A DNA stretch of 64,000 nt from Paraspadella gotoi (lineage: Eukaryota > Animalia > Chaetognatha), in NCBI GenBank assembly GCA_051294375.1, contig CM119267.1, positions 8,399,814 through 8,463,813 of the forward strand, read 5' to 3'. Under the pieces are notes generated by a model, which saw nothing but the letters and a program-made list of their open reading frames with translations, did not search any database and was not told where the DNA came from. Both the position numbers and the translations under genes were made by a program. Below are positions 50,276-64,000 of the stretch, piece after piece. Numbering within the stretch: position 1 is the stretch's first letter; each line of letters starts with the position of its first letter.

Positions 50276-51588
50276 ATGGGAAGGAGACGCAGCGAGAGTC
50301 GAAGCCCCGGAAGTTATTACTATCCTTACGCGACCGACAGCAACATCGAGCTCATTCAGTCGCCCAACAAGCATTGCTACAGGTTGCTACAGACCTTGCG
50401 CGCATTACGAGTAGTACTGACTTTTTTTATATCTTTTTTTTGGCTCTTTCCGTTCTTATGTTTTTTTAATATTTGTTTTTCTAGTACCTTCGTGTCCCCA
50501 TTTTCTAGATGCGAGTTTTACTTTTATATTTTTATATTGCAATGGCGATGGTGGGCGTGGTACGAATTTCGTCCCGCAATAATCGGCCAGATTTCTTCTC
50601 GTCTCCATGGTGGTGTCGTGGTGGTGGATCGGGGTCATCGTCGAAAGCCAGGCCTACATCTACGATTCCATCGGCGCCATGATCACCCGCTATCTCGACC
50701 CGATGGTTTTTTGGGTTTCGGAAAAGTGAAACGAGAACGGTTTCTATGGTTACGAAAGCTGGCTTCGAAGTCGTATGGGATGATAAGTACCTGTTTACAT
50801 ATTTGGTTTGAGATATCAAATAATTAATGGTTTACCTGCCAGATTTTAAAATAATCGTGATTCTAATCTTGAAAAAATTAACATTTTTTTGTTTAGAGGA
50901 AAATGAGTCAGACTATTAGAATGAGCACTCTCTGAACTTATGACTTTTGGATCTCTAGTTATTCTGAAGAAAATTAAACCGTTGTTGGTAAACTTGTCGC
51001 AATTCGAAATATATAACGTTATTTTTTTTAACGTTTCAAAATGGCGGGCAAAAGAACTTGTGCCACCTCGAAAGGAAATTAATTAATTATTGAGATTCGA
51101 AATTATACTAGGAAAATTTGGAAAATTATTGTTTCTTAAATAATATCGAAAAATTATGTTCTTATTCTTGGCAGTTTCTATGGAGGAACTAATTCTATTG
51201 GCGGGGTAAACCTGAGCAATCGGTATTTTCGATACGAACAAGATTTATTAATTTGAACTAAACGTTTCGTAATAGTGAGTCACTTATTTTTCCTTTTAAC
51301 TTATTAAATCATAACTGCTTCGCTTTGACTTTATTTTAATTTCTACTTCATACTATCTCTACCTTCACATGATTTTTCTTCCTCTTTTCAAATCATATCA
51401 TGTCATTTCATATCATTTCTTCCTCTTTTCAGATCATTTCCCTCTTTTTCTTCTCTCCTCTCTCCCCAATTTCACTTTCATTCCTCCTCCAAAGTTCCTG
51501 CAGCAAATCTCCTCAGAATCCGTCCGTTCGCGCCGCCACGACGCCGCCTTCCCGCCACGCCCGTCATTCGTCCTCCACGTTCTCGTGC
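50276..51588 (+). CDS. putative small spliced gene, single-pass membrane protein of unknown function (3' end unresolved)
   Basis: gccgccATGG start. Exon 50276-50382 (AG|gttg) joins ccag|A at 50591 to give ...HCYRFLLVSMVVSWWWIGVIVESQAYIYDSIGAMITRYLDPM. A further GC-rich candidate exon lies at ~51494-51588. Confidence 0.45.
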
Positions 51589-52289
51589 GTGAGTCATCTC
51601 TGTTTTGGGGTCACGTGATCCTCTCGGCTCTGAGTCACGTGGTCGCTCGACCGAGAAGGAGGAATGGAGCCGAGGGAAGAATTTCGGCTTTCGTGGTTAC
51701 GATTTCGTCGTCGTCTTCGTCGTCGTCTTCGTCGTCGTCGTCGTCGTCATGGTCGTGGTTCCATTCTTCCGGAATTTGCCCGTGGCACAAGCTCGTTCAA
51801 CACGTTGAAACCGCGCGAGCAACACGTGTTCATAGCGTAAGAAACGAGGAGGCGCGAACTCGTTTCTTAGAAAAGAAAAACTAACGATGTTTCTTTTGAA
51901 TTCTTGCGCCGTGAATTTTTGTAAACTTCTTTTTTTTTGGGGGGGGTGAGGCGCAACAGTTTAGCGAACAGCTGATCGAGTTGGAGAAGTTGTCCCTTGC
52001 ATAGAATTGCCTTTCCTTTCCGTTGCATGCAACAAAGTCGACGTAGAAAATTTACTGAAGGGTGAATTCGGGAGATTTTTGTCATTATTCGAACTACTTT
52101 GAGAAAACAACTTCAAGAACTGAAAATTAGGACTGAAGTCGAATACCCTGATTTGTTGATTTCGGACGAAGAAAATTAATAGAATTAAACCAGATTAATA
52201 TTCAGACTCGAGGCGATATAATAGATCCGAACTTAAAAATGACGGTAACTCGGTTCGCAGCTGCTCTCTCTCTCTCCTCTCTCTCTCTT

Positions 52290-52341
<52 letters not shown>

Positions 52342-52933
52342 CTCTCTCTCTCTCGTCTCTTCTCTCTCATCTCTGCTCTCTCATCTCCTCGCTCCCGATG
52401 ACGCGCTAATTTTCATTTTCCTCGTAGCTTAGTCGTGACACAGAATTCATTACCGATTCTCTCGGCGTTCCTCGTTGGCGCCCGTTTTCCATTTGGCGGC
52501 GTCATTTGCTGAGCATCAGTGGAATGGCACCTCGGCGCCATTAGCGTATCTCTCACTTATTTAGAGTTCTGTCTCTCTCTCTGAGCGCGAGCGGAGCTTT
52601 TCAACTTTGCTCCGTAACCCACGAGATTTATAAGATGTGATAAGAGATTACTCTTTCGGTCATTGGGATTTTTAAATAAAGAGTGAATCAGACTTGATAA
52701 CCCCGTTCACGAGACTTATTCAACCTTTGGGAATAGTATTTACCTTTGCTTCAAATCAATTATATATTTAGTGCGCGTTTTCAAAGATTCTCGTGACTGT
52801 TTCTTCACGCTTAATCATTTAGATCATAAGTTAAAGCTTCGTGGTAGTGGACCGGTCATGTGATACCTGCTCTGCAATGTTGCTATTTTTAAAAGCGCAA
52901 ACTACACGTTATTCGTATTGATCCTCATTGGCA

Positions 52934-55900
52934 TACAAGTACCGGAAAACCTAGAATGTTCGTAAGTCTGTACATGTAATAACCTTATCCATTTATAGGA
53001 TAAATGGCTTAGGATTTTATAGGAAGTTGTCGGATGTACTGGCTATTTGCCCATTTTAGCAAATTTTCAATAAATAATCCTAAACCTCTTAAAAATTGGG
53101 TCAAATATTTTGTTAACAAACTTGCCATCAGCTCTAATATATTTTGAAATTCTTTGTCTTAAAATTTTGCCTAACTTGTACTCAAGAGGGTTTGATAAAC
53201 TTCTGTAGTAAATATTGTTACTATAAAAAAATTTTTTTGCCATTTTTATCAGTGCTGATAGTTTTGATGGGTCATTTTTTCCAATGATGGATAACTTCCT
53301 TATCTGTGAATATTATGGTTTTAAATTTAGTAATTAATGGGCCTTGGGTAGTCCTGCATTGCATATAATTTCAGTTATTTTAAAAAAACTTTGGCACAGG
53401 GCCAAAATTTTTTTTACAAAATTCATTAGTCAATCCTCGCCCTAAAAATATTAATGCACAATATTGTTATTCTTTGCCTATTCAAATCAGCTTAAAACAT
53501 ATCAAAATAACCCTAAAGCAAAAAATTTTCTCACATTTTTAAAAACTCATTGCATATGTTGCATTTTTTCAATTTTTAAATTTTTTACTAAAAGTAATCC
53601 ATTTTTTTAAAATTTTTTGTTTGACGATACGTATATCATCAAACTTTTACTACAAATATACCATTCACAACCTAATTATTTATAAATTTTAAAATTTTTA
53701 ATATTTTTTAATATTATCTAAAAAATTATAGATCTTAATAAGCATTCTGCTAACTTTTCAATGTGGGCATCATTTGAAAAAGAGGCAACTCGACGGATTC
53801 TAAATATATAATTTTTTTACCAAATTTAATTCCAAAGCTGAGAAAGAATTCTTTTCAAAGTGGTCAAAAATTAAAAAAACACTACTTTTTTAACTTTATA
53901 AAAAATGCGGCTATGAATAGCTTTGCTTTAATACTTGGCAATTTAGGTCAAGAAATTGTTCATATTTTGTGTAGTGACATGTCCCAGGGAATAAAAGAAA
54001 ACTTATAGCTAGATTTCCTCAATCGATTTTTTAAATTGGCAGAACATTTTTACCTTTTTTTACCAAGTTTTTGAGTACGCTAAATGTTTCTTCTGATTAC
54101 ACAAAATAGAAATTCGAAAAATTGAAGAATTTTTAGTACCAATAGTTGGTGTTTATGTTTGCAAATAGAAGAAAAAAAAACCCTCGTTTTAAAAATTTGA
54201 TCTGGAACAGTCGGTAACTAAGACTTTACAATGCATCGTCGATGCCAATCGTTCTTTCAAAAATTTTTTTATTTAATACATTTTGAAAGCGGAAAAAAAG
54301 AAAAGTCGAATGCTGGTGGCATGAAAGGTACAGATAATCTGCGACATCGTGATTTGGAAATCATGACCTTTTTATGTCTTGGGGTAATGGGGGCAATTAA
54401 ATAAACCCAAAAATTCAATCATTTAAGTCCAGTCAATCAACCTTTCAAATAGACTGTTCCCGCGAAATTTTTTTCTTCACTAAAAAAAGATTTTTTTCTT
54501 CCCTAAAAAAATTTCGCCAGACAACTATTTTGAAAGAGTGATGATTGACTTTAATGATTACAATTCTTAGGTTTATTTACTGCCCCCATTACCCAAGACA
54601 TAAAAGGTCATGATTGTCAAGTTTCACAATGTCCAGACTTATGTACCTTTCATGCACTTGCATTCCGAATTTTCTTTTTTTCCCTTTCAAATGTATAAAT
54701 AAAAAAAATTATTTGAAGAACGATTGGCTTTGACGATGCCATTGCGTAAGCCTTAGTTACCCTGTTCCAGATAAAATTTTTAAACGACGATTTTTTGCCC
54801 ATTTTGAAACCATTAACCACCAACTATTGTACTATTAATTCTTATTCTCCAAAATTATATCTTGCTGTAATCGGAAAAAAACGCTCTCAGCGACTGTAAA
54901 AATTTGAAAAAGCAGTTGAAAATTTCTGCCAAATTTAAAAATTCGATGAGGAAGGAACTCTACTATAATATTTCTTTTATCCTGGGACTGTCACTACCAC
55001 AAAATTGAACAATTCTTGACCTAATTGCCAAGTATTAAACCAAGCTAGTTCATAGCCGCATTTTTATTAAACGGTTTAAAAGTAGTGTTTTTTATTAATT
55101 TTTGACACTTTGAAAGACATTTCTCACTTTGGGACATAAATTTGGCGTAAAAAATCTATATATTTGATTCCTCGAGTCTGCCCTCTTTTTCAATGATGCC
55201 CCACATTGAAAAAGTTAGCAGAATGCTTATTAAAATTAATTTAATAATATTTAAAAACATATTAAAAATATTTTAAAATTTATTAAAAAATTTAGGGTTT
55301 GATGGTAATATTTGCTAAAGGTTTATGATTATACTATCGTCAAACCAAAAATTTTAAAAAATGGATTATTTAGGTAAAAAAAAAAATTGAAAAATGATAA
55401 AATGCAACAATATGCAAATGAGTTTTTAAAAAATGCTTTGAAGAAAATTTTTTGCTTAGGGTTATTTTGAATATGTTTTAACTGATTTATAGGCAAAGAA
55501 TAACAATATTTGCCATTAATATTTTTAGCCAGGTATGTGACAATTGAATTTTGTAAAAAAAATTTTGCCTGTGCCAAAAAGTTTTTTACAATGACTGAAT
55601 TTATATGCTCAATGCAGACTACCCCAAGCGCCCATTACTTACTAAAATTTGTAAAAACCATAATACTTCACAAATAAGGAAGTATGCATCATTGAAAAAA
55701 AGAACCCATCAAAAAATATCAGCACTGATTAACAATGTAAAAAATTTTTATCAGAACAATATTTCTAACAGAAGTTTCAAACCCTCGTTGAGTACAAGTT
55801 AGCAAAATTTTAAGAAAAAATTTCAAAATATTAGAGCTATGCAAAGTTTTTAACAAATATTTTTGACCCAATTTTTAGAGGTTTAGGAATTATTTATTTT

Positions 55901-56034
55901 TGAAAAATTCTAAAATGGGAATTAGCCAGACATCCAGGACAACTTCCTAATAAATAATCCTAAAGCCATTTATCCTATAAATGAAAAATTTATTACATGT
56001 ACAGATTACGACATTCTAGGTTTCCGTACTTGTA
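52934..56034. mobile_element. 3.1-kb foldback (giant inverted-repeat) element, non-autonomous, TA-flanked
   Basis: Arms 52936-54474 and 54505-56032 are reverse complements (TAcaagtaccggaaaacctagaatg... / ...cattctaggtttccgtacttgTA), with a ~30-bp spacer. No transposase ORF seen. Confidence 0.92.
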
Positions 56035-56171
56035 ATTTCTCTAGCGGACATTTTATGGCGTAGTTAAAAGATCCCTATATTCAGCGAGTTCCTTATCTAT
56101 CCCGATTTTACTTTAACAATGAATTATTTTGTTTAAAAAACTTAAAAACTAATTTTGCTCTTTAATCAGCT

Positions 56172-56495
56172 CACTTGCTGTGGACAAACAACTTCGGCCA
56201 ATAGCTCAGTCGAGAAGAAAACGCAAACTGAATGCCTTGCGTCAGCCTCTTCATCACAATACCAAGACTGTCATCTAACAATTCAACGGATAGCGCGCGC
56301 ATGAGGTGTTGAGAAACAGCCACCGGGAAAGCCGAAAGTGCGACAGATGAGAGAGAGAGAGAGAGAAAGAGAGGAGATAGAAGAGAGAGACGAGAGGAGA
56401 GACGGAGAGAGAGATGAGAGAGAGAGAGAGAGAGAGAGAGTGGAGATGAGAGAGAACCGAGAGACGAGAGAGAGAATTGCTGAGAGTGGAGAAGA

Positions 56496-56532
<37 letters not shown>

Positions 56533-56816
56533 AGATTGAGAGACGCAACAATGTGCAGGCGTTGTCGCAGACGCGAGCTGCTTCCCGGTAACGCTGTCTC
56601 CTCCTCCTCTTCCTCCTCCTCCTCTGCTCTCATTCACTCCTTTCCTCCTCTTCCTCCTCATTCCTCCCCTGATTATCTCCAACGAGCGGCGCCTATATAA
56701 GTTCCTCCGGTTTCAGCTTCCTCGCCTCGGAGACTCTCGTCTGCCTCCTCCTCCTCCTCCTTCGCACTACGCCTCGAGCAGTCGGTGGGCGCGGCGCTAG
56801 TGTCACGTGACTTCAT
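56172..56816 (-). CDS. possible coding exons of an unidentified gene (error-prone sequence)
   Basis: cgccATG at 56816 starts an acidic GC-rich frame (MKSRDTSAAP...EEEEE). A second segment (...QHLMRALSVELLDDSLGIVMKRLTQGIQF...) ends at a gtgag donor. Frames are broken and no family is recognised. Confidence 0.3.
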
Positions 56817-58217
56817 GGCGTCCCTTTTTTTTTCATTCAGCTGCTCTCACTTTCTTCGACGCTGACGTGAAAACTTTCTCCTGCTCCGTTTTCTTGAGCC
56901 GGCTCCCCGTGCCAAATAGAAATGGCAGGACTTCTGAACATTTTTTTTTAAAAGAAACTTGCGGCATTTAACTCATTTATTTAATTTATTTATTTGGTTA
57001 AAAAACGATAAGAATGAATTTATTTATTCATTTCTAACGTTTGTATTTGTATTTGTGTATATCCCATAGCCAAACAAATGAAAAAGCTAAGCAACCTTCA
57101 TACGAAAATAAATTTTTAATTAATTATTATTCCGCATCGTCCGGCGGTCTCTTTCGGCGTCGGCGTTGGTCAACCTGGTAACGTGTCCCGCATCCCATCA
57201 CCGCCTTAAGGCCGCTTTGGTCCGTAACCCAAGTTCGATTGAAGTAGGCTTAGCTTAACCGGTTTTGTTAATCGTAGATGAATTTAAATAATGTCGGAAA
57301 TGCGTTTGAAATCCAAATCAGTGGAAGAAATAATCCTACGTGGTACTGTGGACGCGAAAAAAAAAATAAAAAGAATAAAAATAATAACAGCAAACTTTAT
57401 CGCGTTTTTAATACATTCTTAGCCTCTTAAAATTTCTTTTTTTCACGACATTATTTTCTGCGTCCGATGACCGAGTTACGACGACTTTTAGTCCGTCCAA
57501 CCGGTTTGACGTCTGTGGTCATCATTCAATGAATCGATTCAATTGTTTGAGAGGAAAGGGTCGAGCGTTGTCTTTGTCGTCGCGTCTGATTCTAAATTGC
57601 TGACCTATCAACCAACTAACCAACTGTCGGAGCCACCTCTTTAAACATGATCGTTTATTTTTTGGGTCGTACCGTATTTACATATTACGCATTCCTCTCT
57701 AATTCTAAAACCAGAACTCGCGGCGTTAGTTTTAACAAATTCAATGTTTTTGGCCGAGAACAAAATCACAACTAGTAAATTTCTATTTTTGGTCTTGTTT
57801 TCCGGGAATTTGTGCTGTCATAGAGGAATAACATCTAAGAAAAATACAAATTCTATATCTCGTCGGTGACGCTTTCATCGAACCCCGATATTTTAGTTCA
57901 AAACGGTCGAGATTGTGGGAGCGATCCTTGGGTTTGCTATCCCAAAGACCCGGATGCTAGTTCATTGTTATCTGCCCTAATATTAGACGGTTCGGTCTCA
58001 CAAACTCTTAATTTACCAATTGGCAGTCTTGCCCTTCCACGTTTAATGCATACCGCGCCGGGTCCACCGCAACCCTACGGAGATTCTTTTTCAGGGCCCC
58101 TCGGGCTGCTTCATGGGCACTTTGGGCACGCTCTGAATTCGTTGTTCATGATACGAGAGACACCCACGAGTCCCTTTTCGGGAGACACGCGAACAAGTCT
58201 CGTAATTTCCACATTGA

Positions 58218-58255
<38 letters not shown>

Positions 58256-58947
58256 CTCTTCTCTCGCTCTCATCTCTCTCTCTCTCGGCGGACTTAATTT
58301 GCTTTTGATTAATCTTTCCCGAAATGTCGCCGATTTCGCGAATCGGAATATTATTTCTTTTTCCTTTCATTCTTCAGCCATCGTCATCTTTTGCTTTTAA
58401 GTTGCGATGGAAATTGCGGAACTCTGCACCTTTTTTTAACAAGAAGAAAAACTCAATTTTGAAAATTTATTTTTTAGTCTCGATTAATTCCTCTCTGACA
58501 TGGATCCTATCTCTTTCTTTCTTACCGCACGAACCAAACGTCGTGTTTGTATTTCTTTTTTTTTTTTTCCGTAAATTGGACTTTTGTTTGCCTCGGTTTT
58601 TCGTTCGCCAGCGGCGCGTTTTCTATTCGGCTATGTATTTTTCTAATACTACCGTAATTTAAAGAACGAGAAATATTTAATGAAAAGTTTATTGCACATC
58701 GAAAATCGAAAAAACAGGCATCTGCAAGATCGATAATACCCAATACCGTCGTCTTTGTCCTTAAAGTCTCTTCTTTCACTTTTCCATTGTCCCTTTTTAA
58801 TCGCCGCTCATCTCCGACACATCCGCGTCTCCTCGCAGTCTTTCTCCCCATCGCGGCGTCGCGTGCTTCCGTTTTTCCAATTCCCTTTCGAATCGAGAGT
58901 CAAAAACCAGATGCTTTAAATTTTTCGTTCAATCTTTGCGTGACTTT

Positions 58948-58981
<34 letters not shown>

Positions 58982-59222
58982 GTGTTTTGAAAACTAGAAA
59001 GGAATTAAAGGAAGAAGAACCTGATCAAAAAATCATGACTTGTATTTTTTTCTTTTTTTGCGAAGTTAGAATCGACTTTGCTAGGCGATCTAATATTTAA
59101 AAGAGTATAATCGATAGTCACAATTAAAAACTGTTTCATTTTTTAATTATATTTTTTATAATCTATGTAAAAAATAATACTCAGTATGTTACTTAATATT
59201 GTATATTACATATTTAGGTAAA

Positions 59223-59333
<111 letters not shown>

Positions 59334-59977
59334 ACCCCGCACTCTTATCGCTCACGTGCACAAGAATATTGGGTTCGTTCAGCAAACAAAAAAACTCTAT
59401 TCGCCAAAGTTTAAATAAAAGAAAAAAAAAAGAAAAAAAGAAAATCTTTGAAATCAACCATTTTTCTTATTTTTTTCCCCTTCGCTTCGTGATGTTTTAT
59501 TTGGATTGAAAGTGAAATCAGCATCCAGAAATAGACTTCAGATTGTTTACGCCTTTTCTCTCCTTTCAGCTCACGCTCTCGAATTGGCCCTTTTTTTCGG
59601 GGCAATATAAAATTTAAAAAACTTGAATAATTGAAGAGTCTAAAAACTCAGAGAAAAAGTCTAATCGTTGACGTTGAGCGCTTTCAACTTTTCGAGTCCT
59701 CATTGGTGGATGGATGGCGACGTCGCCTCCGATTGGTCGAATCCTCGGCGGTGGTTGGGAGGAGAAAGGGGGGGGGGAAGACGCCAAACGAGCGATGAAT
59801 CTCCCTTTCTCTTTTCCACCGGCCAGCCTGTTGTGGCTCATCCCTCGGCCCATGAACATGAATACGAGATTCGGATTTTTCAAGTTATTTTTAACTTTTC
59901 GAGTTTAAAACTCTCGAAGGCCGGCGATGAAAAAAGAGATGACCAAAGGAAAAAAAGAGAGAGAGAAAGAGAGAGAG

Positions 59978-60063
<86 letters not shown>

Positions 60064-60126
60064 AAAGAAAGAAAGAAAGAAAGAAAGAAGAAAGAAAGAA
60101 AGAAGAAAGAAAGAAGAAAGAAAGAG

Positions 60127-60169
<43 letters not shown>

Positions 60170-60892
60170 AATGTACGGACACTGGAGAGGGTGATGAGAA
60201 CGGATTGACCGACTTAAGTGAACGCATGATCCTTCCGATCTTAAATAATCTCAGGGAAAAAAAAACCTCCCGCTCAGGCCCGGTTTCGCTCGGGTTCACG
60301 CAAGGGGCCCGAGCGCGTGAGTTTCACCGGACTCGACTCGATTTTTTAAAATTCGTTTCTCAATTCGTGAATCACTACGATGAACGAATTGCGAACATTC
60401 GATAAATTCACGGAATAAACGCCACAATAAAAGGAAAGTGATAACGATATTTCACTATTTAAAAAAATAATCACCGCCTCACTTCGATTGTGGGCGGGTC
60501 GCTTTTTTTTTCCCATCGAATGACGAAGCTTTATTAAAGTTTGGCAAGCGACGTCAGTCTTTTTGTTTCATCGTAATCCTCGTCACTTTACAAGTCTCCG
60601 CTACCACCATGATTTATTTTTCTCTCTGTCTCTATCTCGACAACGATTTATAATTAGATTTCTGTCGAAGCCAGAAAATCACGTAGACAAAAGACGGACG
60701 AGCGACAATCGAATTATCCCCTCACGCCCTCTGACGAGGATTGACTCGTCAGCGACCTCGATTTGGTCGGATAAAAAACACACCGTTTAAAATATACATG
60801 ACAAATCATTTCGGGGTGACTTTTGATGAGCCATCCGGATTTTCCCGTTTTTATGTACTTTTCTCTTTTTTTCCCTCGAGTCAAATTTCCGC

Positions 60893-60935
<43 letters not shown>

Positions 60936-60942
60936 TCTCTCT

Positions 60943-60973
<31 letters not shown>

Positions 60974-61632
60974 ATCTCTCTCTCTCTCTCTTTCTCTCTT
61001 GCAATCTCGCTCTCTCTTTCTTATTCTCTTTTTTCTTACTCTCGTTCTCTTTCGTTTTCTATTTTTTTTTCAGTCCGTGAGCAAAAGTTGTCCGGTGAGT
61101 TTTTCAATTTTCGATTCAACTGGAAACTCGATGAGACAAGAAAAAAAAAACTTTGTTTCTCTAGAAAATGGCGAATTTGAGGCCGATTCAGTCGGTACGG
61201 CTCAAATTTTTCTTTTGAGAGCAAAATAAACAAATGACCAAAGCGTGTAAATATTTTTTTTCAAATACAAGGTACATGTTCCTCGGATTTTTTTATTTTT
61301 TAAATAAACGACTACGTAGAAAAATGACACTTGTATTATTATTTTATTTATTTAATTATGTATTTATAATAACGTATTTATTTAACTTTAGTAATGCTGG
61401 GAGAGCTTTATACGTATTCCTAGACCTAGTTACTACAGAACCAAATTTTTAAATTCTTTTTTACCTCAGATTTTAGTTTCGTCTCCGCTTATGTTCGGAC
61501 TGATTGAAATCAAATCAAATCAAGGGCTTGGCCATCACGACTATGGAACGAAATTCGCCGTAAAGCGTCTTCATTTTGGAGCGAAAAAAAGGAAAACAAA
61601 AACATAAACAAACAGAACAAAACAATAGAAAG

Positions 61633-61870
61633 GTGGTACCGAAGGAAGTGACGCAGCGGTAGGCGTCTTTCCTGCCACTCCCGTCACCCCGCAATCCACT
61701 CCGTCAACGACCGACCCGATTCCTGCCAACGGTCTCAGGATCATAGTGACCCACGCGTCGCCACAGCCTTTTGTCTACGCATCCGAGGTTTATCGTGCTT
61801 TTAAGATCACTAAGATGTCTGGTGCCCGGTCATCGCCACGGTCATCGTAATCCTGGTCGTCATTGCAGGT

Positions 61871-61964
<94 letters not shown>

Positions 61965-63099
61965 GAGGAGAGAGAGAGAGGGAAAATTATCGGGAAATAC
62001 CGACAAGAATAACAATCTTTTCCGAACGTCCCGGGAGAAAAAGAACTAAACTTTGTACCGCTCTCAAACTCTTTAAACATTGTAATATTTTTTTAATCGT
62101 TCGTTAAAACAAATATCTCTCGTCCAAAAACGGAAACCACAAGAAAACAACATCAATCTAAATCCCAATAATTTAGATTCATGACTAAGAAGTTTGACTT
62201 GTATTTCCACTAAGAGTTAGATAATATTGCCATTTAGTTAATTTCATTATTGCACCGAGCTAATTTTAAATAAGAATGATAATTTAAATAATTCAGATAA
62301 ATAATTTAGATAATTTAAATAAGTATGATTCAGGTACTTTGCTCATTTTGTTCATTTTCCTATTCCATTTGTCTTTTGAACAAAAGTGACGATACCATCT
62401 TCATAACCTTTTCTTTTTTTATTTTCTCCTTCAGCGCTCCTGTGCATATACTTTTATTGTATAGGGCCATGCTCGACCTACCTGCCTTGCATGAGCGAGG
62501 CGTCTCCGATCTCGCCTCCTCCCGCCGTCGCCCGCGAAGAAGCGACGCCGCTGAACAACGCCCAGCCGCCGCCGGCGCCGAAGACGAATCCTCATCCGAA
62601 CGGCGCCCCCGACGCGCTGCCGGCCCCGCCCTCTTACGAGCAGAGTCAAAAGGAGCATAACAAGATGATGGTCGAGCGACTCACCTTCGACAACGACTTG
62701 AGCGTGGCGTCGTCTTCGATGCTTCGCGGACACTCATCCGTCGACGCTAGGTTCGCGGCGCCGACTGCCGTGACCGTGCCGAGAAACTTGACGCCGTACG
62801 TCGTCTCACGATGGGCGCCGCCGCCATCGGTGACGCCGGAGACGCTCCCTGAGTTTGTCTTCGAGCCTAACGGTGCTCGAGGCTTCGGCGTCGTGGGTCC
62901 GCCCATGGTGGGCGGCGTGATCGACCCCCGAATCCTCAGTTCTCGCGGCGTCAATCCCGGCGTCGAACAAGTCCCGTCGACCTCTATTCAGGTGAACTCA
63001 ACGCTGGCGCCGATATCGCAAGAAGCGCCGCCGCCGCCGTATTTATCGGCAGTGCCAGCAATTCCATCCGCTCCTTCTTCTTGTTATTCCGAAGTGTGA
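61633..63099 (+). CDS. single-pass membrane protein with Pro-rich PPxY cytoplasmic tail (last two exons; one apparent frameshift)
   Basis: The exon ending GCA G|gtattg (61868) joins ttcag|CG (62435) to give VIATVIVILVVIAALLCIYFYCIGPCSTYLPC, then the 62491-63099 ORF with PPSY and PPPY. An upstream S/T/P-rich stretch lies in a neighbouring frame. Confidence 0.65.
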
Positions 63100-64000
63100 A
63101 GCCGCTCGAGCGAAAACTATTTATATTTGATTGAACTTGAACAAATTTAACAATGCTTGATATTTTTGCCGTCTTCTTGAAACTGTTTCAATTCCAAAGA
63201 TCGAATGTGAACAAGGGTAATCCTCAGGGACTGGCACTACTATAATCGCACTAGCACCTTTAATTATTTATTGAAGTGGAATTCTTAAAACAGAAAGAAA
63301 AAACTATTTCTTAAATGTCAGTAAAAAAAAAAACATTTTGTAATTGAAAAGTTAGTTCACTTTTGGTTAACGTTATTATTTCAATAAAAAATTAAATTGC
63401 AGTTTGCATTTTTTCTAAGATGAAACAAATTTGCTTTACTTTTCTCCAGTGTCAGTCGCTCAGGACGTCCGTGTAATTTGAACTTACAAAGACGAATCTT
63501 CGCCACTATTTCTCTCTCTCGAGTGATTGTCGTTACTTTTGATGTGATATATTTTTTATTAGTAATACTATTTTTATATATTTGAATTGTTAATTCGCAT
63601 TTCTTCATCCGCTTCGCAAGATTACCGATTTTTTTAATTAATTAATAAAATCCTCCGTTTTTTGCACAGACTTAGATTGTCAGAGAAAGAATGAATGACG
63701 AACGACCGAGACATATGTAGTAAATTGCTAATTCTTAATAAAGGAAAAAAAAACATATTTTTTACGCTACTGACAAATTAAAATATTTGATCGAGTTAAA
63801 AAAAGCTGCTGATGTCTCGGTCATAGGATTGCATGAGAATCAAACACCATGTATTTCATCCTTGGTTATAGCAAGTCTACAGCGTGGAAAGCGATTGGGG
63901 GTTTCCCTCTCTTTCCCGCGAGACCACAAGAATTGCCTGACAATCATGGCTGTACACAAATTTCTGTAATAAACTAGTATTTTTTTTTTGCTGCCTGCTT

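Noticed and set aside
57866-58297. 143-aa ORF
   Set aside because: Non-ATG start, runs into a microsatellite, and shows no motif or splice support.

Overview
AT-rich eukaryotic (most likely invertebrate animal) DNA with many (AG)n/(AAAG)n microsatellites, GT-AG intron-split genes, three N gaps and locally high indel noise, as in unpolished long reads. Contents from left to right: (1) four minus-strand exons of an INF2-like formin DID/FH3 region (349-9475). (2) A complete 5.6-kb DIRS1-like tyrosine-recombinase retrotransposon on the minus strand (21358-26949) with gag-like, RT, RNase H, MT and YR remnants, ~210-bp ITRs and ATT ends. Its circle-junction ICR lies upstream of gag rather than at the usual 3' position. 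(3) A ~5.3-kb block present twice (18780-30037 and 30083-35375) across a gap, one copy carrying the DIRS and the other its empty site. (4) A Cys-less ('Pro-loop') pentameric ligand-gated ion channel gene (33937-36396, +) with a GLIC-like M2 carrying Lys at 11'. (5) A ~23-exon, ~2,200-aa acidic/coiled-coil gene (38603-49621, -) with a His/Cys-repeat tail missed by the ORF track. (6) A small head-to-head gene. (7) A 3.1-kb TA-flanked foldback palindrome (52934-56034). (8) A single-pass membrane protein gene with PPxY motifs (61633-63099). All calls come from manual reading and translation; no database searches were run.
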